From: Fonticula alba ATCC 38817
Taxonomy: Eukaryota > Protista > Nucleariida
Strand: one strand, 5' to 3'
NCBI GenBank assembly: GCA_000388065.2
Contig: KB932203.1
Length of the DNA stretch: 56,167 bases
Shown here: piece after piece, positions 25,846 to 38,710 of the stretch
Numbering within the stretch: the first letter of the stretch is position 1
Layout: each line of letters opens with the position of its first letter
Translations under genes and position numbers: made by a program
Notes under the pieces: model-generated
Seen by the model: only the letters and a program-made list of their open reading frames with translations
What the model was told of the DNA's origin: nothing
The model's database searches: none

Positions 25846-28800
25846 TCAGAATTTGAACTCCCGATCCGGTCGGTCGGTGGCCCAGGCGAAGCGCTCGCGT
25901 ACGGTCTTGGGGAAAACCTTGTCCAGCGGCACGCCGTGGCGCAGACTCCAGGCCACCGTCACCCGCGGATCCAGGTAGTTGGCCTTACTGGTGCTGAGAG
26001 ATGCATGGCGGCCTTCCATCTTGGTGGCCACATCCAGGCGGATGCGCTCGATTTTTTGATTCAATGGAATGGCCACCTTGACAAAGTCCTCCAGCGTGGC
26101 CTCGGGTCCAGGGAGACCGATGGCGCCGAGATCCTCTTCCGTGCCAGGCTCTGCCGGTGCCGGGGAGGGGGTTTCCTTGGAGGGGGTATTCTCCCGGCGC
26201 TGGGCCTCCTCCCGAAGCAGGGCCTCGGCTCGGGGAACATCGGCATCGGTGAAGTCCTCCTCCGGGCGTTGGAGGTATTTGTCGATGCGCGCACGGACGC
26301 CCACCTGCTCGTAGGCCAGAAGGCGCAGACGCCGGCGCCGGTAGCGCAGCACCAGCAGCTGATCCACCTGCCGCTGTAGGGCCAAATCCATGGCTTTGGG
26401 CACGGTACGCTGGTGGTTACACAAGATCGCTGCCTCGCGGTTGGCTTGGCTGTAGGCCAGCACCAGTTCCGCCACGGTAGGCTCCCGCCGAGATGCCCGA
26501 CTTTGTGACAGAAGCTCTTGCGTGTTTTTCTCCAACTCCCGCTCGAAGGTGGTTGTGGCGTTGAATGTGCGGAAGACCTTGGCCGTGAGCCCGGGGAGGT
26601 AGGTGGAGAGTTTGGTGTTGATGATGGCCGGCTAGATTGAGTGGGTTGATTTCCCAAGCAGTGGGGGAGGGGGGAGGTTAGAAGGTTACCAGCGGGGGGA
26701 GGGGAGCAGGCAAATAGCAGAGGGAGCAGAGAATGGCGAGTGGTTGCAGTGGGGTACGCCATGGGGTCGCGCATGTGTGCCCCGGGGTCGGTGGAGGGGG
26801 CAGAGTGGGAGAGGGAAGGGCAAAGGGCACGTCATAGACGCCCTGACACAAGCAAGGCGCACCGTCAGGGTCTCAAAAAGCAGATCCCCAGGCCCCTTGG
26901 GACCCTTTTTCGTCGGGGTGGTCATGAACTCCTGGAGATTTTGGAAGACACGCGGAGTGACGGTCACCTCGTTGAAGTAGCGCATGGAGTCCTTGCCAAG
27001 GAAGTCCAGCACCACCGTGGCCGGCGCCCGAAGGGTAACATGCTCAAGACGCAGTGAGCAACAGCCCACCGTGTCGGCCTGCTCCTCGGTGTCCTTTTCC
27101 GCACCCACACGCAGAGCCAGCCGATCGATGAAGTAGAGGGCGGTCGAGCGCTGGCGCTTGGAATAGTCCGATGCCCGAAGCTCCCGAGTGTAGGATTTCC
27201 GGATGCGATCGATGTGCGCCCCGAGCCCCCGGGCAAAGTCGTACTTCGTCAGGTCGTTGCGACCGCGCACCGAGGACTTTTGCGCAAGCCAGACATACTT
27301 CAGCGTGCCGGTCATGTTCTCGGTCCAGGCGGCAAGCCACGAGACATTCGGGTTGTGAATCACCTTGCCCCAACTATGAAGCAGAAGCCGGATGGAGGAA
27401 GCGTGTCAGCGGTGACAGGCAAAGGGGCGGTCGGAAATGCGGAGGGGAGACAGGAGGAGGGAGGGGCAAAAAAAAAGAGAGAGAGAGGAACAAAGGCAGC
27501 CGCAACAGCAGCACGATCCAAAGCTTGTCCCGGAGAGACAACATACCGATGGCCAACGGGCGGCGGTGGCACAGGCACCCCTTCGCTGATGTTGATGATG
27601 ACCTGTTCCGGGTAGATGCGTCGCTTGAGGGTGCCAGTGCGTGGGTGGTTGCCGCGGCCCTTGAACAGCCCAGGAGCCTCGATGCGGAAGTTCCCCACCG
27701 GCTCGCGCTGGCCATTCAGCAGGCACCAGCCGTAGGTTTCGGCCTCGACATCGCGACGCTCGCGCTCGCGGGCCCGGTCCTCGGGGCTTCGCGTGGCCCG
27801 CGCCTGGCGCTCGGCCATCACATGCTGATGGATGCGTGAAAAGTCACACAGATCGAACTGAGAGATGGGATACTTCCGCTGGAGGACCTCCTCCGAGTCC
27901 CGAAGGACGGTCAGGAAATCCCGGAAGAAGTTCCGCTGGAAGACCTCGCTCTGGCCGTACTCGGTGTTCAGCTCCAGTGCGAAGAAGGTGGCCACCTCCT
28001 CGACCATCGGGTCCAGAGAGATCGGCTGGCCATCGTAGATGAGTGGAACATTGTGAGGAATGTAGGCAGGCGGGAAAACCACGCCATTGTGCTCAAGGGT
28101 ATCCCACCGGCGCTCGATGCCGACCACGTGCGGGCAGAGGTCCTCGGCAAGGGATTCCGGAGTGCCTGGGGTTTTTGCACTGTCGGCACCAGGGCCAGGG
28201 CCCATGCCGCTGCCGGTGTTAGGAGTGCCAGCGCCGGCGCTGGCAGGAGACAGCATTTGTGAAGGAGAAGCAGCCGGCGACTCGCCGCCCGCTGGACAGG
28301 GAGATGAGGCAGGCGAGGGGCTCGGCGAGGGGGATGACGAGCAGGGCGAAGGAGAGGCCGAGGAGGAGGAGGAGGAGGAGGAGGAGGCCAAACAGGCAAA
28401 CCCAGGTGAGGGGGGCAGCGATCCGGCCGGACTGTTGGGCCGCAGCGGGGCAATGTCACTCTTGTAGACGACCCCCTCCGGATCGGCGTCCACATCGGTC
28501 GCACGAAAGTACTTGTTGCCTATCCCATGGGCAATGACCTCCTCGCCGGTCACCTCATTTCGGATCAGCAGCCGGCTCTTGGGAGCATCCTTCGCCCGGG
28601 GTGGTGGCGGGGGAGGAGGCTTCGTTGGGGGCCAGACGAACTCCTTGGCTCGGGACTTCCGGGGCTTTGGGGTCCGCCGGGAGGTTGGGGTTCCAACGGC
28701 CAGGAGCAGCTTGCATGCCGGGCCGGCCGGGCAGAAATCCACCGGGAAGACCGCCGGCGAGCTACGCGGGGACAGGGTGCCAGGCGTAAACATGGTGGCC

Positions 28801-30368
28801 GGGCTGGAGCTGGCGGCCCGGCCACCAGTGCGGAGCCGTTGCACCGGCGGCGGGGGGAAGTCCGGCGTCACGCCATCTGCCAGGAGGGACGAGTCCCCAG
28901 ACGTTCCAGAAGGGGTGGTGCACAGCGCAGCGGCAGCCGCGGCCGAAGTGGCCATGGGAGATGGTGACACCGAGCTGCGACCCGGCCCGGGGCTGGGGAT
29001 GCTGGCACCAAGACCCGGACTGAGGCCGGCCGGACCGGGGGACGGGGCTGACAAAGGCGACGAGGTGTCCGGTGTCCGAGCTGCAAGCGACGCGCCGAGA
29101 CCCGGCCGCATTGAGGATGGGCCATCCGCTGTGGCGACTGACGGCGACAGGACCGTGGCCTCAGCCAGCGAGGTGGGCAGAGACTTGATCTTGGCGGCTG
29201 AGGCCGGCCCCGTCGAAGGTATCCCCGGCTCGAGGAGGGATCTTCCCGACAGCGACAGCACTTGTGCCAAAGGGAGGACATCCATGCCAAGGTCGGTCAA
29301 ATTGCCGCTGAGCAGGCCGTCAGCACTGCCACCAGAGGCCGGGAACTCACTTTTGATGGCCACCATCCCGGTGGCCGGCAAAACCGCCGGATCAGTGGGC
29401 GTCGGGGGCAAGGCTCCGGCGGGGGGGATCGGCTCGCCAGGTGAAGGGAGCAGGACTCCCGGAGGCGGAGTCGCCAGGGGCGAAGAGTGGATGCTCCCCG
29501 GGGTGGAGGGACTGGGGGCCGGCAGAATCGCCGGCATCAGAGGGGATACGCCAGACTGGCTGTCAGATCCCGGGGTAGATCCCAGGAGGGGGCTGGTGCC
29601 TTTGCCACGATCACCACCTTCGGCAGCCATGCTGGCTGACGGGGTAGTGGGAGCCATGGATGAGAGGGATAGAGGTGCCAGGCGTGCCATGGCCGCCGGA
29701 GGGGCTCGGCCAAAAGCGCCAATTCCCACTCCTGGTACCGGGGGGGAAGAGGAGGTTGCGACGGTCGGCGATGCAGATGTCCGACCAAGTGAGAAGGGCA
29801 GGCGCCCGGCCAGGGCATTGCCCAGACCGGTGCTGGAGGCCGGGGTCCGAGCCGATAAGCCTTGGAAGGATGGTCCAAGAGCTGTGATGGGGGCATTGGA
29901 ACCGGTGGTCATCAGAAGGGGACTGCCAGCCGGGACATCGGTTGTTGAGGCAGCTGCAGCCAGCGACAGGAGGTCACGAGCCGAGGGTCCCGAGGGAGGG
30001 GTTTGTGTCGGGGGCATTGGGCTGGCGCCCGAGAGAAAGACAATAGGAGGAGCTGAGCTACCCGGGGCAGGGTCAACCGACGGGCGCAGCCCGCCAAGTA
30101 ATCCCCGAAGCCCGGCCAACTGGGCCGGAGCCTATGGTTGCCAGGTGGATGTGTGAATCGTGTGAGCATGTTGTGCCTGAGTGGGGAGGTGTTCCAGAAA
30201 AAAATTGAAGCCATGTGTGCGGTGTGTGTGTGTGTGTGTGTGTGTGTGTCGGAGGGGGCGGGAGGTACAACATCAAGATGTACATACCTGGCGCGGATCA
30301 CCCAGAGAGAGGCGGGGGCGCTTGGATGGATACTCATCGGCACTGTCCAGATCGGAGTGGTCACTCAT
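25846..30368 (-). CDS. TOP1: DNA topoisomerase I (type IB), exons 30368-30288, 30131-27547, 27373-26863, 26631-25846, about 1320 aa
   Basis: W.TLEHNGVVFPP, PGLFKGRGNHP, and the full catalytic pentad in ALRVG (R), GKDS (K), KVFRT (R), CNHQR (H) and KANYLDPR (Y). Exon phases are consistent. The first exon carries an NLS-like KRPR. Confidence 0.95.
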
Positions 30369-31780
30369 GACAACCGCCGGCTTTCAGAGTGGCCTTCTCC
30401 TCTGAAACAGATCACAAGGAGAGCCCGGGAGAGGAGATAGAAAGGGAGGGAAGTGGGAGGCGGGGAGGATGGGGCAGCCAGGGGTCTCACACGAAGGGAC
30501 CGGCACTATCCAGCATATGTGGCAAGCGGCCACGTGTGATCTCTTGGAAAGCGCCCGGGCTACCTGGCTGCGAAAAAGGCCCAGGCTGCAGCAGAGGAGA
30601 TGACGAGGCGGCGGTGGGGAGGCGAGGACACCTCGAAGACAGAAGGGGGCGAGGAGAGAGGTGGGGCGGAGTGGAGGAGAGGGGAGGGGCGCAAAAGGGG
30701 CGCGCGAGCGCGCACAGGGCGGGCAGCGGAGGTGGGGAGTGGATGAGTGTGGGTGCGCGTCCCCCCGGGCAAGCCGGGGAGTTGCCTGGCAATGGCACCT
30801 CTTGGGTTGGAGGGGGCAAGCTCGACCGGTGGGCCGGGGCGGGGGGGGGGGGGGGGGAGGATCCGGCAACCGGCGCGAGAGGGGAGGGCGGGCTTGCGCC
30901 GTGCTTGCTGCCTCCTCGGGTCGGCTTCCCGCCAAAGAGGCCAGCCGCGCGCCGCCAAGACACACGCGGGGTACGGCGCAGGAACGCCTGCCTCGTGGAT
31001 GGGGACCTCCCTTCCCACCGAAAGGGGGGAGCATATTCTCAGAGGGGGCTGGGCGTGTGTTCTCGCGGGACCGGCGCCACGCGCCTCACAGCCGGGATCC
31101 ATCGGACAACCCAGTGTGTGCTACACAGTGTTGACTTTGTGTTCGGTCGGGGGGTGGGCCGCGCTTTTGGCATCCACACGGGGCCTACACCAGGGGAGAC
31201 TATTCCCCTGAGAAGTGGGGGTGGCAAATTCGCGCCCTCGAGGGAAATGGTCCCGAGTACCCGCTGGCCGCAACTCGTGCAAGGGTCAGCCCGTGGCGAG
31301 GGGCGGGGCGGGGCGGGGCGGGGCGGGAAGCCTGTGCTGGCTTCCCGCCCAAGTGTGAGCTCCGATGTTCGGCGGGGGCGGGGGGCGGCCCGGCCCTATG
31401 ACGAACCCTGCTGTGTCGATGCGTTGGTAGTTTCATATGCCGGCGCTTGCCATTAACCTTCTGTTAGAACCTGCCCGGGCTATTGGCGGTGGTGGAGGGG
31501 AGGGCTGAGATTCGGCATGCTGAGATCGCAGATCTGCGGGCAGTAATTTTCGGTAGACAAGTCTCGACCGGGGCCAGGGTTCCGGTCTGGAAAGAAAAAA
31601 GGCCAGCGGACAAGGCGAGGCGAGAAAGAAGGGGAAAAAAAGGGAGCACGCAGGCATCCTCAGCCGTGGGGGGTTCCGCTGGGACAATCCCCCGAGCTGC
31701 GGGGGTTTCTGGCGCGAGAGAAAGGCCACAGACGTGTGTCTGGTGGATTTCGCGCCCGGGTAGTGGCCGGGAAAAAACCC

Positions 31781-31813
31781 CAGCAACAGCGGCAGCAGGA
31801 GCAGGAACAGCAA

Positions 31814-31853
<40 letters not shown>
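31781..31853. repeat. Imperfect (CAG)n/(CTG)n tract with 12 pure units at 31817-31852, between GLDC and TOP1
   Basis: Read directly from the sequence. No supportable gene around it. Confidence 0.9.
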
Positions 31854-31854
<1 letters not shown>

Positions 31855-32360
31855 CACGCGTCGATGAGAAAGTGTTCAAGTGTATTTTTAATGTGCACAC
31901 AACAATAGGAGACACCAAATACACGGAGATGTGTGGAAATGTGTGTGGAGGACACCTCTCTAGGGTCATATTGGGGGGGGGGGAGGGGACATTGCCCAGA
32001 GCCCAGTGGCAGCGCCACGAACAGGCGACACTGGTCCTCTGCCGAAGGAGGAGGAGGGTGCGAGGGGGTGATTTCTCGCCGAGGCGCCGCCAGACTTTCC
32101 TTTCTCCCTTCTGGGCCCGCCCCCCGCATGCTGCGCGCACCGTGCGCGTCCGCATTCAGGGGACATAAAGGGAAAAGTAGAGGAGGTGGGGGAAACGCAG
32201 GCGCACCATCGTCACCGCCCCCCTCCCGTCCAGGGCCAACCACCTTTCCTCCAAGCCGAAACCCCCCCCTCCCCCCCCCCCCCTGTCGCCCTCTCACCAA
32301 GAGACAAGAGGGAGAGAAGGGGGGAGAGACAGAGAGACAGAGAGGAAGGGGAGAAGACCA

Positions 32361-34221
32361 TTAGGCCTCGCCGTAGCTCTCCATCGGGGGGCAGGTGCAG
32401 ACAAGGTTCAGGTCACCGTAGGTGTCGTCAATGCGGGACGTGGTGGGCCAGAACTTGTTGGTCTTGGTGGAGGAGGTGGGGAAGGCCGCGGTCTCACGAG
32501 AGTAGGACCGATCCCAAGTGTCGGAGGTGACCGTGGCCGCGGTGTGCGGCGCGCGCTTGAGAGCATTGTCGGTGCGGGAGACATCGCCACGCTCGATGGC
32601 AGCAATCTCCTCGCGGATGGCAATCAGAGCATCGCACAGGCGATCCAGCTCGGCCAGGGACTCGGACTCGGTCGGCTCGATCATGAGGGTGTTGACCACG
32701 GGCCAGGACATGGTGGGGCTGTGGAAGCCGTAGTCCTGCAGACGCTTGGCAATGTCGATGGCCTCGATGCCGGAGGTCTCCTTGAGCGGGCGCGCATCGA
32801 TGATGAACTCATGGGCGCACTTGCTGTTGTGGTTGCGGTAGAGGATGGAATAGTGGTCCTCCAGGCGCTTGGCCATGTAGTTGGCGTTGAGGATGGCGGT
32901 CTCGGTCGACTGGCGCAGGCCATTGGGACCCATCATGCGGATGTAGGCCCAGGGGATCGGCAGGATGCTGGCCGAGGAGTAGGGAGCCGAGGCCACCGGA
33001 CCCGGGGACTTGGACCCGCCGAAGCCCGGAAGCAGCGGGTGATCCGGGAGGAAGGGCTGCAGGTGGGCCTTGACACCGATGGGACCCATGCCCGGGCCAC
33101 CACCACCATGCGGGATGCAGAGGGTCTTGTGCAGGTTCAGGTGGACAACATCCGCGCCATAGTCACCCGGGCGGCAGATGCCCACCTGGGCATTCATGTT
33201 GGCGCCATCCAGGTAAACCTGGCCACCGTGACGATGGACAACCTGGCAAACATCACGAATGCCAGCGTCGAAGACACCGAAGGTCGAAGGGTAGGTGACC
33301 ATGATGCAGGAAAGGTTGTCCGCATGCTTGGCAGCCTTCTCGGCCAGGTCCTCCATATCCAGCTCGCCGGTGGCCGGCAGGCACTTGACCGGGACAACAC
33401 GCATGCCGGCCATCATGGCCGAAGCGGGGTTGGTGCCGTGAGCCGACACCGGGATCAGGCACACATCACGATGGGCCTCGCCACGGGACTCGTGGTAGCC
33501 ACGGATGGCCATCAAACCGGCGTACTCGCCGTTGGCGCCGGAGTTGGGCTGCAGGGACACGGCATCGAAGCCGGTGATCTCGGCCAGATCGGCCTCCAGC
33601 TCGCGGAAGAGGTTCTGGTAGCCCTTGGCCTGGGCCGGGGGGGCGAAGGGGTGGATGGAGTTGAAGCCGGGCATGGTGACCGGAACCATCTCCGAAGTGG
33701 CGTTCAGCTTCATGGTGCACGAGCCGAGAGGGATCATGGCATGGGTCAGGGACAGGTCCTTGGCCTGGAGCCGGTGCAGGTAGCGCAGCATCTCGGTCTC
33801 CGAGTGGTAAGAGTTGAAGACCGGATGCTCGAGGAAGGGAGTGTTGCGAGTGAGCTTGCCCGAGGAGGAGGGGGTCATGTCGGCGAGGGAGCCAATGCCA
33901 GCGGCGGCGGCGGCCTTGTCCATGCACAGGTCCTCGCGGTCGGAGAAGAGCTGGGCCAGGTTGCGCAGGCGGCGCTTGGTGGTGGTCTCATCGAGAGACA
34001 CCGAGACATGCTGCTCGTCGACCACGCGGATGTTGATGCGGGCGGCGTTGGCGGCCTCGGCCACAGCGGCGGCGGTGGTGCCATCGCGCAGACGAATGGT
34101 GATGGTGTCGAAGAAGCCATCGCCAGAGGTGGTCACGGTGTGGCCGGCCTCGGTGACAACATGAGCCAGGGTCTTGGCCAGGGCGTGGATGCGCTGGGCA
34201 ATCTGGGTCAGGCCATCGGGG

Positions 34222-34256
<35 letters not shown>

Positions 34257-35489
34257 CAGAAGGGCCTGGGCGGTGCAAATGTTGGAGGTGGCACGCTCAC
34301 GACGGATGTGCTGCTCACGGGTCTGCAGGGCCAGGCGGAGGGCGGGGTTGCCGTCGACGTCGCGCGACACACCGACCAGGCGGCCGGGCATGCGACGCTT
34401 GAGCTTGTCAGTGGTGGCGAAGAAGGCGGCGTGGGGGCCACCGAAACCGAGGGGAACACCGAAGCGCTGGGTAGAGCCAAGGCAAATGTCTGGCGCGAGT
34501 GGGCAAAGGGGTGGAAAGAGAGCGAGCGAGGGGGGGGGGGGGGCGGGCGGGGAGAGAGCGGGCGAAGCAGAAAGGCAAGGGTGGAGGGAGCGAGCGAGCG
34601 AAGAGGAGAGGAGCGTCAGAGAGGATGTGGCACATGAGGTACATGGGACATGGAGAAGCAGGGAAAGAGGAAAAGAAGGGGAAAAGAAGGCAAGTGAGTG
34701 GGAGAGGGGACGCACCGGCGCCAAACTCGCCCGGGGCCTTGAGCAGGGTGAGGGCCATGAGGTCGGAGGCGACGACGAAGAGGCCACCATGGTTCTTGAC
34801 AGTGGTAGAGAAGCTCTCAAAGTCCTCGATGGTACCATCCATGGCCGGGTACTGGACCAGGGCGCCACACAGGTCGTCGGCGATGGTGCTCATGTCGAAG
34901 GTACGGAAGTCACCGACGACGACGTTCACGTTGAAGGGAGCCGCACGGGTCTTGACAACGGCAATGGTCTGGGGGAAGGTGTTCTTGTCGATGAAGAAGG
35001 TCTTGCGACGCTGTGTCGGACACACAAAGGGCAGGAGGGGAGGGCGGATGGGAGGGGGGGAGGGACATTAGAGCGGATGGGAGGGAGGGGCGGGGGGGGA
35101 GATGCCGAGGTAGCGACAATCGGGAGAAGAATGGGGGGAGAGGGGGGGGAAAATGGACGCACGCCGTTGGACTGGGCATGGGCCATCATCATGGCCTCAG
35201 CAGCGGCGGTACCCTCATCCAGGAGCGAGGCGTTGGCAATATCCATGCCGGTCAGGTCGGTGACCATGGTCTGGAAGTTGAGCAGCGACTCAAGGCGGCC
35301 CTGGGAGATCTCGGCCTGGTAGGGGGTGTACTGGGTGTACCAGCCGGGGTTCTCCATGATGTTGCGGAGGATCACCTGCGGGGTGAGGGTGTTGTAGTAG
35401 CCGAGGCCGATGTAGTTGTCGAAGATCTCGTTCTGGGAAGCATACTCCTTGGCGAGGGCGAGGAGCTCCGACTCGGTCATGGCCTTGGA
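32361..35489 (-). CDS. GLDC: Glycine dehydrogenase (decarboxylating), glycine cleavage P protein, 5'-partial. Exons 35489-35163, 35010-34716, 34489-32361
   Basis: [79 protein letters not shown]-lysine motif [15 protein letters not shown] and [15 protein letters not shown]. Confidence 0.97.
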
Positions 35490-35552
35490 CTGTGGCAGAG
35501 GAGGGGGTGGGGGTGGGGGAAGGGGCAAAGGGTGGAGAGGACCGGGGTTTGG

Positions 35553-35797
<245 letters not shown>

Positions 35798-36726
35798 ACA
35801 CGGGCCCGGGGAAACACAGGCGGCTCGTCGAGCAAGCCCGTCGCAGGTCCTGCCTCTCATCGTTGGGCGCAAGCAGTGCGGCGCGGCGCGGGAGCCCGGG
35901 TCGCGGTTTCCCCCATCCCTAGGGTCAATAGTGGCTCGGCCCGGGAGGGGGCTAGCTCGCACGGGAGAGGGCCGTGGGGTTGGTCCGGGTGGCCGCAGCG
36001 TGGGCAGCAAGGCCGGGACGCCGGCCGTCATGGACACCAGACTACGTTAGGCAGCAGGGGCGGCGGAAAGTTAGCCCCGCCCGGCGGCCGCCCCTGTCCG
36101 GGGGAGGGGGGGAGGGCGGACTGAGGACGGGACTTGGGCGGCTCTCCACGTCCCGGGGCGCACCACATCCTGACGCCAGAAAAAAAAAACCACGGGCGAG
36201 GATGGTCTGACTACGGTGGCCTCGCGGATTCGCCCCCTCCCCCCCCCCAGTGCGAGGTGGGCGCAGGAGCACAATGAGTAGCGAGGGGGAGGGGGGCAGG
36301 GCAAAAGAAGCTGCCTCCTCGGCCGATGGAGCGCCGACCCCGCGACCGCGCTCCCTGCCGGCAAGGAGAAAGCGCGAAGGAAAAGCCCCTCCGGGTGCTC
36401 CTGCCCAAGTCGATCGTTGCGCTCGCGCCCGGCAACAAACGAGATCTCAGGGCTGGGTCCCCTCTCCCGGGGATGTGTGGGCGAGAGGGTGCAGGGGGAA
36501 GGGGGGGGGGGTCTTCCAAGCACAAAGATGGTACTTGGGACCTCGCGGCCAAGCCCGCCGAGGCTTTGTTGTGGGTTGAACCCACCATGCCGGCCGAGAG
36601 AGGGCGATTACCGGCCAGCCGCGATGTACGTTGTATTCCTTGGCACCCTGGTTAGTCGCCACACCGCCCGGTGCCCAGTCTTGCCCCCCCCCCCCCCTCC
36701 CTCCCCCGGCCTCCCCCGGCCTGCCC

Positions 36727-36790
36727 CGTCCTCTCGCCCTTTCGTCCTCTCGCCCTTTCGTCCTCTCGCCCTCTCGCCCTCTCGCCCTTT
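36727..36790. repeat. Short minisatellite: 16-nt unit CGTCCTCTCGCCCTTT (2 copies plus a partial), then 8-nt CTCTCGCC units
   Basis: Read directly from the sequence. Confidence 0.8.
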
Positions 36791-38628
36791 CCCATCTCAT
36801 CATCCGCAAGGAAAGGGCAGGATGGTCGATCAAGTTAGGACAAGTGCCAATGCATGGGTGCATCTGGCGAGGCAGGCAGGATTTCTGTGTGGGGCGGGGG
36901 GGGGGGGAGGCCAGCGCCGTGGGGTCCGCCGGGCCTTAATATCGATGAGTGAGGGGGCGGAAGAAGGACCGAGCGGGGGGGGGGCGGGGTCGCGCTTGCG
37001 TGTGGGGCGGCGTGTGCGCGCGCGCGCGCGAGAGGAGGGCCGACAGCAGACGCGCAAACCGCAGCCGGCAACACGTGTAAAGTAGGCCGCTTCTTTTATG
37101 TGGGCCCCCTTGTCTTGTGCGGTTGGGTGGGACCGCGAGAGCCCGCCGCAGCATGCCCATTTCCCTCGACGCGGGTGGGGCCCTGCTGTTGCTTTTCGGG
37201 AGGAAACTTTGGAAAACGAAAGACAACTGCGAGGGGGCTGGAAATATTCCGACAGTCGGCCCTGCTCGAACACCACCAAACAAACACGACCCAGTTACAG
37301 GTGTGCCTCTGCCAATGGAGTGACCAGGAAGCGGGACCGCCGAGGGGGGGGGGGGGGGGGCTGCGGGGGGGGGGCTGGGGGCGCGGGGGGGGGGGCGGGC
37401 GCGGGCGCGGCAAGGCGGAGCGCCGGCCGGTGCCTGTCGAGCTGCTTCCCCGTCCCCCCGGCTGCCTGGCCGCCGGGCTGCATCATCCGCGGCCTTCACG
37501 CGCGGCAGCCGGACCGAGCGATGCCCACTGGCGGGGGCCCCGCGGGGGGGGGGGGGGGTCGAGGGAGGGACCTGGGGCGCAGGTGGCCGGAAGTACTGCC
37601 GGGCGGAGGGGGCGAGGGAGCTCCAGATCCCTCTCATTCCGCAACTCTACGCTCCCACCGTCGGAGCGAGTGAGAGAAGGCGGTCGGGAGGAAGGCGGCC
37701 ACTGAGGCCAGTGCCGGGGACCAACTAGCTGACATGCGGGGCCATGGCCCGAGATAATGGCGTTTTATCCGTGACCGCCCTGGGTGCTGATATATGGGTC
37801 CCGTGTGCATTGTGTCGCTGTGTCACACGGTGTTCAGGTGGTGGCCCGCGGGAGATGAATTCCGGGAACCGGGCAGTTCAAAGGGGGCCCCCGGTCCAAC
37901 ACGCCGCCCACTTCGGGCGACACGGGGGGGGGGGGGACTGCATGGGGCGGGGTGTCTGACTGTGAGAGTGAGTGTGTTCGGGGAGGGGAGGGGGGGGGGG
38001 GGCATCAAACGCCAGTCGCCTTGCCCGGAGAGATGGGTGCGCCACACAAGCAATGTGGTGCTCTTCCAGGGAGCGGGGCCTGGAATGTATCTTCGGTAGA
38101 CCGGACTTGCGACTCTTCTCGAGCCGGCCTGTGTGCGTGTGCTCCGTGTGCGTGTGCTCCCCCCCTCCCTACCGAGGCGGGGCCAGTGTCAACCCTGTTG
38201 CCAGTTGCGGAATGTCCAGGCCGCCCGCGCCACACGCCCGTCCCCCCCGACACGTATCGGCCCCCGAATGTCATGTCCAGCCTTCGAGGCTGGGGTGCAA
38301 AGGGGCGGGCTGGCCTGGGAGTAATGCCGGCCGGGAGGATGGGGCACGCCGGCCGCTGGGCTCCCGGCGTGGGCTTGGGGCTGGCCCCTCCGAGAAAAGT
38401 GGCAAACACTCTGCGTTCCAGCAGACGCGTGCCGAGTTGTTGGCTCCTGCCTGTTCCCAGCGGACATCGCCCGGGAGGTATTCACGCCGTCTTTCCCCGT
38501 CCCCCCGCCCGCGCGCCCGCCCCCTGGCCCGGGCTTCCGGTGAATACCTTTACACCATTCGAGGGCTCCGTCGGTAGTTGCCCTTGGGTGCCTCTCCGGG
38601 CACTCGGGTTGAGGCGGCGTGCGCATGC

Positions 38629-38630
<2 letters not shown>

Positions 38631-38710
<80 letters not shown>
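38631..38710. repeat. Pure poly-G run of 80 nt
   Basis: Read directly from the sequence. Confidence 0.95.

Noticed and set aside
31433-32155. Poly-Leu/Ala/Cys ORFs over the CAG tract
   Set aside because: They are explained by the trinucleotide repeat alone, with no gene structure.
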